From Balanoglossus misakiensis (lineage: Eukaryota > Animalia > Hemichordata), in the NCBI GenBank assembly GCA_040954595.2, contig CM082586.2, positions 3,105,124-3,169,123 on the forward strand: a DNA stretch of 64,000 nucleotides. The letters are read 5' to 3'. This document shows positions 17,349 through 30,100 of the stretch, piece after piece. The notes beneath the pieces were generated by a model. It searched no databases, was not told the DNA's origin, and saw nothing but the letters and a program-made list of their open reading frames with translations. Made by a program: the position numbers and the translations under genes. Each line of letters opens with the position of its first letter. Positions within the stretch are counted from its first letter, which is position 1.

Positions 17349-19221
17349 ATGGCGCGCAATCATTTCACTTTTATTCCACTGGACAAATATTCCCATCGTA
17401 ATTCCGATGCGGCCGATCGGTTGGTTCCCCAGCAGAGCATTCAATGGATACCGGTGATTCGTGGGGAAGTTGGCGTGTTGCGGGTAGGCCGAAACGGCGA
17501 CAACAGCCAAAGCCATTTCATCCCACTGTCGCGCATATCCAAACCAAGGAAAAGAAGGGAGTCGGTTGCCTCAACATTTAATGACATGCGGAGTTGTGGC
17601 AACGGAAGATTCGATGCGGACAATCAACGATTCACAAGCACCAACTATCTGGATTCGAGAGTGAAGACTTTTCGGGGAGTAACCGCGGCTGATGGGACGA
17701 AGGGAAATCAAATCTTCCACGACAGTAGGCAAGTACCTACGGTGCATCAAACCAACGTTTACAACCCCGTCATTAGACCACCGGGTGGTGGTTTTATACA
17801 GATGAACACAGCAACGACGACGTCGGCTGGCGGTGCACCTGGTTCAGGTAGGGCGGCCCAGTTTGTCGGCCCATACACGAAGCCAGCCTACCAACATATC
17901 AATGCAGAATCGACGGCCGATGGAATGCCAAGAACTACGAACATGCCGATTCAGTATCGGACAAACACCACAACCCAAACGCAAACCGCCAGTTTAGACC
18001 AAAGACAAGCACCTAGCTTCAACCGTGGCAGCAACTTGGGTTTCGTCTCCACCCCTGCTGTAAAACCTCATGAAGAAAGAGAGATAAATTCACAGCCAGG
18101 CAGGATACATCTAACTACTCGTTTGAGATCCAATCTGACATTATTCTGCCATGATTACTGCGCAAAATATGCGCCTGGAAATCGTCCACAACCTGAAAGC
18201 AATTTGAGGCCATCACCTGTCTTTGCTACACCACCGCATAGTCCTGCGGAATCTGTTTCCCATCAACCAGGTGGTAATGTGGAAACGACGTCTGGTAGTT
18301 GCCATGACGCCAATCCTGGTGGCCGGGATGAAGCATCAACAAACCGCAAAGAGTCGCCAGGTGTGAGTGAAAGTAATGGTCATGGAAAACTTGGATCGAG
18401 CTCCGCTTCAAAAGTAACATCTATCAACTACGGAAAATTAAAGAAGAGTATAAACGGCAGAAAAAAGGGTCGCCGGGGAAGGCAACTAAGAAGGGGAAAG
18501 GCGACAAAACTGAGAGGTCGTCCGCGGACACTTTCGAGACTTCGCGGACACAAGAAGATGAAGAGGTTCGCGGAGAGTCCAGAGAGACACCAAAGACGCT
18601 CTCCCTTGTCCTTTCCGTACGGCCACGGTGAAAGACTTCACAGAGTGGCCGCTTGTCGATGGTGCAAGAGGCTGTATCAGGAAGACCCAGCAGCGTGGGC
18701 AGAGCTGCAGAAAGCCTCGCTGGAGGAGGAGCCACCAAGAGTCGCGCTCAACAAATCGGATGCCAAGCTGCGGCAAGAGTTCAGCATCACCAACTACCCG
18801 ATCGTAGAACTGGAAGATATCAAGGCGTCAGTCGAGCCCGCCGGGGAAACTGACCGTCCGCAAATGGACGAAAGTGGATCGAACGTGGTTCTTTCCAACA
18901 GCGACGATTCCGGAAATGACGACCGTGTGAATCAAACGGCAGAGGCAAACGGGACGGAGAACTGGGTAAGGACAAACCCGACGTATGAAGTTTCGGCTCA
19001 AATCGCTATCGACAATGCTGTATCTGTTCGTTTATACATTACCTTTGTCTTCTAGATGTATCTTGTTCATTACGAAATTTTCTTGGCTTTTTCATGTACA
19101 GACACAGAGCTGGTCTCCGGCAAAACCAGGTAGATTGGACACCATCATCGAGAAACTACACGCCAGGCTAGCACCACTATCATTGGCGGATACACATACC
19201 AATATTTCTAGGGTCATGTGA
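17349..19221 (+). CDS. Uncharacterised basic, low-complexity protein (568 aa unspliced; ~578 aa if spliced 18965^19102)
   Basis: A 1.7 kb open frame preceded by a CT-rich acceptor (17233-17306) and an upstream donor at about 17045. A strong donor TGG|GTAAGG at 18965 and an in-frame acceptor at 19101 give a terminal exon TQSWSPAKPGRLDTIIEKLHARL...RVM*. ATTAAA is at about 19292. I recognise no family. Confidence 0.7.
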
Positions 19222-20138
19222 CTTAGGGCAACATCACATCATGAACATCAATTAATGGCTTAAAATTATGTCACAATTTTGTAATTTGTTTATTAAAATC
19301 ATGTACCACTCGCATAATTACTTTCTCATCTCAGGGAAACAGACCCCTCTAAGACGGAAAGTATTTGTCTTGGTAAGAAGAGTCAAAACAAACAGTAAAA
19401 TCAAACAATTTTATTGAAAGTTTGACAAAAACTATAGGTATATATACACAATATTTTTCGCATAAAATTATGGGCAGTCTTGGGCCATGGCTGCCATACA
19501 CAAATACACAATACTGTTACAATGTTAAACTTACACAATACATATCCCTGAAATAACCAACTCTATTGACAAAATCAGTTTGTCCATGCAGTTGGCAGTC
19601 TACACTTGTGGACATGCGAGGTCTGGGATTGTTCGGGGGGAGTAACATGAAACACTGCTTCTTTAGACACACACAGTGCATTCTGGACTTTCACGGCCGA
19701 GACAGTCTTGCACATCAGATATAACTTCTACTGACTGGCTTTACGTGGCTCCGAGACTCTGGAAAGGAGGCAGCCAGCAAAGTTGCAGTCAAAGACAATT
19801 TTTACAGATAGCGATGTGTACATTACAGAGTTAATTGGAAAACATGTGCTGAAGACATTTATGTATTATATACAAACTTGTTGAAAAGCATGACCAGAGG
19901 AGGAAATAATTTAAATTTACTACAGATTCTCAAAAACAACAGTAACATTCAGTGTTGGCAAAATTAGACATTTGTTAGTTCATTGGTAGTACATGAAATT
20001 GTGTTCCTTATACATTTACACAAGTTTTTTCCTCTCTCAGAAATTCCATCATCAAAATTGACAATTTTCCATAAATAATGCCAAGACAATATTTGTCGGT
20101 TGTTGACACGATTACTACTGGCGGGGGAAACTAAGCTA

Positions 20139-23100
20139 TCACCTGCTGATACTATTGGATTCCCTGTCTCTCCTAGAGGCGTCTGTTCTACAAAGTTTAT
20201 CAAAGAAAGGGTGTTCCAAGGCGTCCTTCAGGGAGATGCGAGTATCCATGTCCCAGGACAGCATCTTTTCGATCAGGTCAAAGAGGAGGACATGATCTTC
20301 ACTGTTGCTGTGCATGTATTTCTGGAGGGGGCAAACAGAATACACCATGTATAACATCAGCAAGATCTACCATACAACATAAAAAAATTCAGACACACCA
20401 CAAAGCTAGCACATTATTTTTCTGTGAAATGATCAGCCTCATCGTTCATCTTACCTTCAAAGGTTTGCAGTTTTCTTTCACATATCTTCCAGCTGAACTC
20501 TTTTCATCCCAGTCAACCCGCTCATTGGCAAAGTAATGTAGTTTTCCAAAACTGGAGAGAAATTGAAACGTCCTACTGTATTAGACACATTTAAATTCGA
20601 AGGGGCTGGCAAACAGGGCATGTAGTGACATTTGTAATAGAAATTTGGACACTTTTCTTCACAAGTGACAAGACGATCCTTTAATACATTACACTTTACA
20701 GAAAATTTTATATATTATTTTTATGATAAATTACCTTGTTCTATTATATATTTTATATGGTATTGGTCCAAGGACAGCTTCCATCATAGCGAGATGTTCT
20801 CTGTTACTGTGAGTCTGTAAAGAAAGGATACAAATTACTATCAGCGAACAAATACAGCAATCTCTGTTTGGGCTAAAATCTCACAACTTTGCTGAAAACA
20901 TCTTGATGTCTGGAGTCTACGTTTCTTTGATATGCTGGCAAAAGTTTATTTGCACTGCAATAAATACATACCTGAAATAACGTAATGCCCATGTAAAGTT
21001 CGAACATGATGGTGCCTATACTCCATATATCACACCGATTATCCCATCGTATTCCTGGCAAAAAATGAACAAGAGTTGTGTAAGTTTATATGACATAACA
21101 CAAGTCTTTCTCACTGAATTTCTCCATGGCTGTGTTTACATCATTCCAGACTGGTATCACACTAACCCCCATACACTCACCAAGAATAACTTCAGGTGCC
21201 CTGTAATGCCGAGTTGACACTATTGTACTATGATGTTCCCAGTCGAAGGTCGCAGAGCCAAAGTCTATAAGCCGGACATCTGTATTCTTTAGCTTTCTCT
21301 CATCCATTTTCTGAAAATAAATCAAGCATACAGTCATGCTGGGGGGATCCTTGACACAAGATCATTCAGGGGTGGGTTTAAAGCTTGCACTTGTTTTGCA
21401 GGGTTGTGTGTGTGTGCTAGAATGTTCACAGTTCAATGAAAAGACCAATGTCCCCGCTACTCACCTTGTCGTGATTATACGCTATCGTGTATTCCGAATT
21501 GACAAACAGAACATTCTCTGGTTTCAAGTCAGTATGGGTCAACTTACTATTGTGGAGAACTGTGGGTACAAAAAACAGGGAAACCCAGCATTAGAATTAG
21601 CAGACACTATTACCATTACTTACATGGACAATCAGTCACCTCCACATTGAAGACTGCGTCTATTTACACATTAACATTTACTACAAATCTGCACAAACTA
21701 AATTAAAGGTACATGCAAATACTTACATTGTACTGAACGACACAGTTGATGAGAGATATGCCGCACTTCGTCAATGGAGTATGGATTATAGTTATTATCT
21801 TTCTGTAAAAGAAAAGCCAGAAGAAATATGTGGTTGGTTTGTTAAACACAGCTGGAAAATACCATGAAACATCCAACAGAAAATCCCACAAAAACTGTGA
21901 GTAGGTCATGATCCAGGACTTGGGTAAGTTCAACCAAACATTCCTCTTATACTTACAAGAAAGTCAAATACACTGAGTCCCAGCGTTTCAAAGGATATGC
22001 ATACATGACCATGGTAATCAAACCAGTCCAGCATCTTCACACACAAACTGGAAAAAAAAAAGTTAACATGTTCATAACTATAGGCACCAAAGCAGTATTC
22101 CAAACGCATTGAGTCTTTCAACATGTTTGTTTGAATGTATTAGAACCAACTAAATGCCGAGCACATAATGAAAGAAGACAAAAGATTATTTACTCTGGAT
22201 ACTTACTAGTCGCCACTGGGATCCTTTTCATTTATTTTCTCGAGGACATTGATCTCAAGTTTGGCAGCTTCCCTATACTTCTCAATGTTTTTAATGATTT
22301 TTAGTGCTATTTTCTGCCCACTGTTGGGAAAAAGAACAAAGTGATGAAGTTGGTTGTAAAATACAACTAGAAAGAATATACCATGTAGACAGATCTTTAC
22401 ATTTTACTGCAATACATGTAATGTTTTTGTGATACACTGCATAACAGTTGCATGTAATTAGACATATACTCACGTTTGATTATCCTTGCAGGCAACTACC
22501 TTCCCAAATGTTCCCTCACCCAGAGTGTGAAGAATTTCATCTGAAAGTAACATTTACAAGATAATTAGAGACAGTTCTCGTATACAGTTATGAAAGCATG
22601 CTGTCAGCTGAAACACAAATATAATAGCCAATTTTTGCAGCAGTCTACAGGGGTTGGTCTGGTAATATTACCATACAAACCCCCTCTCTTCTGACCAAAT
22701 CCACGGAATTTGTAAACTCAGATAATCATTGTGCCAGGTTGAACACAAGCCTCTTTCAAATATTTTGTGAAGATTATGAGCCAGAATTTGAAGAGAGATT
22801 GGAAACTTAAAAATGATAAATAATAATAAAATGGACAAAAATGTGAATGCAAAATGTCAAGTATGAAATTTCACTGCAATGCCAACTTCTCAGTGTCACT
22901 GATTTGATGCTAAAAATCTTGAGCACGGGATATGGATCGGAAAAAGTCGTAATTTCTGGACGTTGAAATAAGTGGTGAAAAAGAGTTTTTTGAGAGCAAT
23001 CCAACGGGTAATGCCTGGGCTTGGATTTTTTTTTTCATCTTCAGAACTTGAGTGAAACAGTCCCCCAAACTTAGTGTAGTGAAATTAACGCTAAAGGTTA

Positions 23101-24699
23101 CAAATGTGTTCTGTACATCTAGCTTGTAGCACGTCGCCTTGGTGGTAGATGAGATGACCGTCTTCATCATCCTCGATCTTTCGCCGACGTCCCCTGTAAC
23201 TCCTCTGTTTTCGTTTCATGAGATGACCAGACAGTAGCAGCAGCAGCACCAGTAACCATTTTCCAAGTTGAAACGATCATTGATGGATGCGTTGGAAGGA
23301 CGTGTGGTGTTCGTGGATCGATGATGGGTTGAATTGATAATATTGACAGGCCCATTTGATTGCCAAGCAATTTCACGTGTGCGCAGCACATTCGGATCAA
23401 TTTGCACATCATTTTCAATGCCCCGGCATTATTCAGGTCATCAGGTACATACATATATATGTAAGAGTAAGATATGGGAATGCAAATTGCACGTCAAATC
23501 AAGCAGAGAACTATGAATTTCAACAACGTACACAATAAAAACAAAAAATTATTCAAACACCAACCGTACATGACATTGGTCATGTGGTCGGTCTTATAGG
23601 GACATCATCAATACGCACTCCCTTTTCGTAGATACTTTGTCACTAGCAATATCGGATAGTGCAGACTGTATGTATGCTATGGAAGCACTTGTGTCTATGA
23701 ACCCGATTTCAAATTCTTCATGAAATGTATGTTCTATCACTGATCAGCCACTCCGAGGTTTCACAATTCTGTCAACCATTTATGATGTACACAGATCATC
23801 ACACGAAAATGAATCCATTATTTACCCCAAAAAATCGACTATACTGATTAAAATCCTCACTTAGCCATTAGAAATTGAGTGATTCCTCCGCTTAACCCTG
23901 ATGTCACAGTGGCCATGAATTTTGTATGATAAACAGAAAACTTGACACAAAAAACCCTAGGTTGCTTCTGACAAGACAGGTCAGTTTGCCAAATGTATTT
24001 GGGAAATTCCAATGAACATGGACGGCACTATGAGATCAAACAAAGGGGAGGAAACACTATCTCTCTCCACTTACCCATCTTCCTCAAGTAATACTGTTTT
24101 GGAGAGATTCTAATGCAAAAACAATAACTTATTAAAAAAAGCACGAAACAATAGACTCACCAAAGAACTGTGGCTGATTGAGCGACGCTTATGTCGCTTG
24201 TGCCTGTGTCTTCTATGATTTGAACAACGGTGGCTTTCATCTCTTGATTTGTACCTCCCCTCATCATGATAATAATCTCTGCTGTAGTATTCATAATACC
24301 CGTCATCGTACAACTCCCGCTCTGGGCTGATAGATCGTTCTCTCCTATAATCAGAGCTGCAACATAAAGAAGAATCAATTCATAAATTATCTTGAACACA
24401 TGTATATATAGTGTGCCCGGAACATGACTAACGATGGACCAAGAACTGAATTGGTGATGGAACAAGCTAACTTTTGGGAATCTACATGTATTGTACATTC
24501 TACATACCAAACTGACTAATAAAATATTCATGGCATTATTATCAACTCACTCTGGTGAATAGTATTTCCTACGGGAAGAATAATGATAATGATCACGACG
24601 TTCTGAGCTCGTCGACACCCGTCGTCTCTTGTGTCGGTGGTGGTGACTAGAACGTCTTGATCGACTTCTCGATTTGTATCTGTGAGATGATCTTGGCAT
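20139..24699 (-). CDS. CLK2: CDC-like dual-specificity (LAMMER) kinase, CLK2/Doa-like, ~13 coding exons
   Basis: RS-rich N-terminus [16 protein letters not shown], then [89 protein letters not shown] and ALEHPFF...SISR*. The donor of a non-coding exon 1 is at about 25150. Confidence 0.94.
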
Positions 24700-25289
24700 C
24701 TGAAAATTATAAAACAAAAAGGATTTATTATTGTTGAAGTGGGTATAAAGATGAAAACAAGAAATACAAGAAATCGGTAATCTAAACGAAAGGTTAGTAC
24801 ACTACAGTAACTGAGGCATATAAAGAAGCCATTGGGGTCAAGGGTCAGCCATGATGACGTCGTCTTTCGTAGTGCGACATTGACATATTGGAATAGTTAC
24901 CACCAAAAATTACATCATTCTCGACTACGAAGTGTTCAATCTCATGGATCTGGCGTAAAATAACATCCAACGATGAAAAAGCTACGACTAATATGAAAGA
25001 AACAGACACATAACCGTTTTAGCAAGAACATTGCCAAGGAACGATCGACCGCACACGACGAAATGCGCGATCTGGGTTTTTTTCCACCCGTTGTCACCAA
25101 GGTCATAACAATCTCCAAGTATTGCCGTTAAAAACCGTCGAATTACTCACAATGTTTACCCAGTATAGAGTTGAATATTAGGATTATTAACATACGATAG
25201 TCTAGTTCAATAATTTCTTACCGTGCCGCTAAAAATCTCCCAAACCTTGTTAGCAAAGAAATCCGTCTTGTTAGCTTTTTCGCACAGCG

Positions 25290-25803
25290 ACCAACAATGG
25301 ACGTACGCACGTTCGGAGGGCGCTTCGGTTATGACGCGGTATGTGACACTTAATTTCCAACCCAGCTTTCGCGAACGTTTTTTTCCCATGTGAAATGCAA
25401 AACCTACTCTTGATGCCATAGTGTATAAAATATATTTTATAATTTATTTTTCTTAAATTATTGTAAGCATGAGTACAATGTGTACATATTTTGGCGAAGA
25501 TTCGTTGGAAAAGCGCGTTTAGGAATACAGATTAGACCTCTTTGGCTTTTGTATCGGCTATTTTCATTGGTTTAGATACAAATCACCGAGACAGGAAAAA
25601 AACAACACGAAATGCACACGACTTTCAATAAACCCTGAAAAATATAAATATTTAATATTTATTCGCTTGGCCTTTTGGTACAGGGTTCCATGAAAACAAA
25701 GTCGTCTCGAATTTTGAAACTCTATCAATTAATACCGATTTTACATGGACAAATAAATAGTCCCCGGCGGGGTGCGTACACTCCTTTCAACTGCAGGATC
25801 AAA
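25290..25803. promoter_or_regulatory. Bidirectional promoter region CLK/MRPL53
   Basis: The CLK 5' UTR exon (-) and the MRPL53 start (+) diverge within about 0.5 kb. CpG-containing flanks are present, and a YY1-like AAAATGGCCG overlaps the MRPL53 ATG. Confidence 0.55.
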
Positions 25804-26504
25804 ATGGCCGCGGCTCGACCAGCTATAGTTCGTGGGCTAACACTGAAAGGGGTACAGTCCGTTAAGGTACAGTTTTGCCCCTTTCAGGAAAGAATAAGAG
25901 CAACAAGGTAGGGAAAGGCGTCTGCCCTTTTTTCTCCAAAAACACGTACTGAACACGAGACACGATAAATTTTCAACCTCTTCGTTGAGGGCGCAGTCAT
26001 GTATGAATGGCATGTGTATGTATCATTGCATGTGTGTTATGTATCATGTGTATGTATCTATGTATGTACCGTATCTATCTATGTATAGTGACAGATATAA
26101 CCAAATTATATTCTTGCTTTTACCGCCCTGTTCTACAGACAGTTCCTGTGTTACATGGGTAACGAAAACATGAGGAAAACCAATCCCAAATGTCGATTTG
26201 AAACCAAAATAATGAATGATGGATCTGAACCAATCATCGATTTTATATTTGGTAAGTTATTTTTTCTTTAATTTTTATTTTGATACAATCAAGGTTTGTT
26301 GCTTTGACAAACCCTATTTAGCTAAGGCTGTTGACATAGAGAAAAGGTATGTGGTAAATATATATAATTTTCTTGATTTCAGATGATGGAAGTCAGTTGC
26401 TGTTTAAGTGCAGGAATCTGACAAGGACGGAGATTTTGAAGAGGTTTGCTGCAGAAATCAAACAAAAGTACCCAGAAATCTATGAAGAAGCAACTGCTCT
26501 TTGA
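25804..26504 (+). CDS. MRPL53: Mitochondrial large ribosomal subunit protein mL53 (3 exons)
   Basis: Exons 25804-25907, 26139-26251 and 26383-26504 give MAAARPAIVRGLTLKGVQSVKVQFCPFQERIRATRQFLCYMGNENMRKTNPKCRFETKIMNDGSEPIIDFIFDDGSQLLFKCRNLTRTEIL..., matching the mL53 pattern VxFCPF...TNxxC...DxSEP. Confidence 0.9.
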
Positions 26505-27177
26505 CACCTGTAGAGTACAGCAACGTGTAATCCTGTCTGACATGGAACTGAACAGACATTTTTTTTACTTCATGAGGATGTCTTTAGAACAAATATGCCC
26601 TCCCATATAAACTGTGTAGCCACATGAGATCTCATAGCTAGGGTCTTGTGAACACCAGAAAGTTGTTTATTGGCAATATAGCTGATGTTTTTGCACATTT
26701 CTTTTTCGTATTAAAGTATATGGCATGAAGCCAGATCATAATGTGTTTATGTGTTGACCTTTATGTTGCTTGACCTCACTGGGCCCCAAATTCTAATTCC
26801 AGACCATGAGAATTGGAATGCCCCCACCCCCCTCCAAAAAAACCCCACAACATTTTACAACAAAACATTGCTTGTGTTTTGACATATACTTGTAAGCAGT
26901 CAACCCAAAATAGTTGAAAGCTAAAAATCCTTGATACTTTTGTGATACATCACATATTGCTGATACTGGAGCTGGGCATAGAAATGACACTTGTTAATAA
27001 ATTTGGGCGATAACTCATCAACTGTATACGTACAAACTTAGGTGAACCCTGGACAACTCGGTTATCTCCTATTCGGCGAATTGATCGGCAAGATGTAAAG
27101 GATGACATGAATAATGAGTTGTGGGCACACACCTCCCCACTAGGAAAACAAATAGCAAAGACAAACCCAAACCGAAA

Positions 27178-30100
27178 ATGGAGTACGATGTGAGTAGCGA
27201 TGATGTGAAGCCAAGGTGGTCGTCGTACAACAAGCGGAAACGTAATGTCGCCATCGTCTTCGGCATCGTCGTTTTCCTGGCCGTGTTGGGCGTTGCCATC
27301 GCTCTGCCCATCGTGCTCAGCCCTAGCGACGAGCCGGACCCTGTTGCGACGGATTCTATGCCGACGGATACTTTGGAGCACGCTAAAGAGATTATGAGGC
27401 GGGTTCCCCTTGTGGACGGGTAAGTACACGTGCGTGCATTTCTCGTTGCCAACGTTGGTGTGTGTGAAATGGGGATGATACTGTGATGTTTGCGCTTATT
27501 TTTTCACGATTTTGTGAATATTGTCACTTCCATAAAGTACTGAAAGTAAGGGTATTTAGTATTGTCCACGGGGGCTAAGGAAATGATGAAAAGTCATGTG
27601 AGCATGGGATATTTTCATAATTTGCCCGAAGGAAGTGGTCAAGTATTTTGTCTAGATAAACTCGCGCTGCATCTCATTGGAACACGACGTTTGATGTCAG
27701 AATTTTATCTCGGTCTTTCATCAAGACTATCAGGGCATGCCGGATCCATCGCTAAACGCACAGCCAAGATGATGATGAAATGCCACGGAACTGTGATAAA
27801 AATCTCATCTGTTTCACTAATCACGTTGGCGGAGGCATTTTTAATGCGCCACAAACCGTTTGTTGAGTGTCATAAATCACAAGATACTTATCTGTTTAAT
27901 ACACCATTCAGTAATCTACGCGCCTTTGCTCATATTCCGTGCGTTTTCGCAAAGGGGGAGGGGGGTATGTCCCGGAAAGTTATTCCCACACCACTGGCCT
28001 TCTGGTTCAGAGATTACGACAGAACTGCAAGCCAGGAAAACTAAATTTGCGGTTGAAGTCCGCAGCTACCGATGTGCGCAAACACAACCGAACTGAATTA
28101 ACATTATTAACCTCGATTCGTATAACCCGTTGGCGGAGGCTTTGATCGCTTATCTTCGAAGTGATGTATTAAATCCCTAAAATGGAAGAAACACGGATAA
28201 CCACCGATAGTGCGTGCCCCATGGTCCTTATTTTGTGACACGATAACCTAAATAACACCAAGAGTGTTTCCCTCGCCGATTACAGGCTTGAAACACGTGA
28301 AAGAAACGCGTGGACCTTCAAATGATAACTGTTCGTACTATGATATGGGGGTGACGGTTCTTGAAATGATTGTTAACGTTCAATTTACAGACACAACGAT
28401 TTCCCAACTCAGATACGTGAAAGATGGCTGAACGATTTGACGAGATTCAGTATGTGGGATGACTTGCCGACGCACACCGACATTCCGCGTCTCCGTGAAG
28501 GACTTGTCGGAGGCCAGGTATGTGTAATTTTAGTACGAAAGAAAGTGACTGTTTCTGTTATAGTTATGACAGTTTTGCAGCACAGAAACACAGCAGCACA
28601 GTTATCTAACTTGTAGAGCTTTGTGGAGACGACAGAGCTCAATGTATACCATCACATTCTAATGATTTAATCATCACATTTCTCGTCTCAGTTTTGGTCA
28701 GTTTATGTTCCATGCGATGCGCAGTACAGAGACGCTGTCCGTCAGACTCTCGATCAGATTGACGTCACCCGGAGATATGTTGAGCAATATGGCGGAGTTT
28801 TTGAATTTACAACGACAGCTCAAGGTAATTTGCAACGTCTGTGTCTCTCTGTCTATCCCCCTCTCCCTCTCTGTCGGCTGATTCAGAAAAGAGACATATA
28901 TTTTACAAGAAGAGGCTCGAGTTCTCCGAGCCACTGTCCCGGGACACCTGTCCATCACTATTAATAACATATGAATTCTTCAACTGACTTCGTATGAGTT
29001 TTCAGGTATTCTAGACGCCCATGCCAAGGGTAAAATCGCCAGCTTGATCGGAATGGAAGGCGGGCATAGTGTTGATAGCAGTTTTGCCACTCTACGTATG
29101 ATGTACGCCCTGGGAGCCAGATACATGACTGTAACACATAGTTGTAACACCCCTTGGTAAGAATCTTGATCGTCTAATACCCATTCACTCCCAGCACAAA
29201 TCCCCATTGTAAGAATCAACGATGGAATATTCTCTCGCAAATGGTGTTTGACATTTTGGAGCCTTTGCAATTGTATTTTACACACAAATCGATCAGGGCA
29301 CACCTGTCTTTATATTTTGTAAGTTCTTTGCTGTAATTTATTTTATTCAACAGGGCGGACAACTACCATATGACAGATGACCCCGAGTTTGGAGGTCTTA
29401 CTGATTGGGGTAAGGTAAGTAAACGGCAACGGTTAACTACAATTCGTGCAGGGGCATTTGCCACCTGTTGATCGATATTGTCTGGGATGTTTTTTAAATC
29501 TGAATATTGGCTAAATAGGCATGCGCATGCGATACTTTCTCTGACGGTGGCATCATAAAATGCTTGTTTGTTTAATTTGTCTGTTTACTAGGATATGATT
29601 CGAGAAATGAACCGTATCGGTATGTTGGTTGACATATCGCACGTTGCAGACGCCGCTATGCACGACGTCTTGGATGTGAGCCAAGCACCTGTGATTTTCA
29701 GCCATTCCTCGGCCAGAGCAGTTAAGGACCACGCGAGAAACGTCCCGGATGACGTTTTATTGAGATTGGTAAGTTGGCTGCTGAAGTGGATTCAGCAGTA
29801 CTCGTTTCTCGGTTACCCAGACCCCACTGCTATTTTCATTAAAATGTACTCCCTCGTTGTATCACGTTTCAGAAAGAAAATGGAGGGATGGTGATGGTGA
29901 CCTATGTCATTGATTACGTATGCCCCTATAACAGAATATTTAACTGCACCTTGCAAGATGTCGCTGGTAAGAAATTGTGACGTCATAAATGCCATTGCAG
30001 ACCGATTCTTTGTTTGTTTATACAGCTGCCCAATATTCATTATAACCCCACTTATATAACAAAGACAGTTATTTACAGCGAATTAAATTCATGAAAGTTT

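Noticed and set aside
23742-23801. Possible C/D box snoRNA in a CLK intron (minus strand GTGATGA...CTGA)
   Set aside because: Only about 60 nt, with no terminal stem and no rRNA or snRNA complementarity that I could recognise. snoscan or Rfam would be needed.
27562-28044. 160 aa ORF in dipeptidase intron 1
   Set aside because: It has a non-ATG start, no recognisable domain and no splice or poly(A) support.
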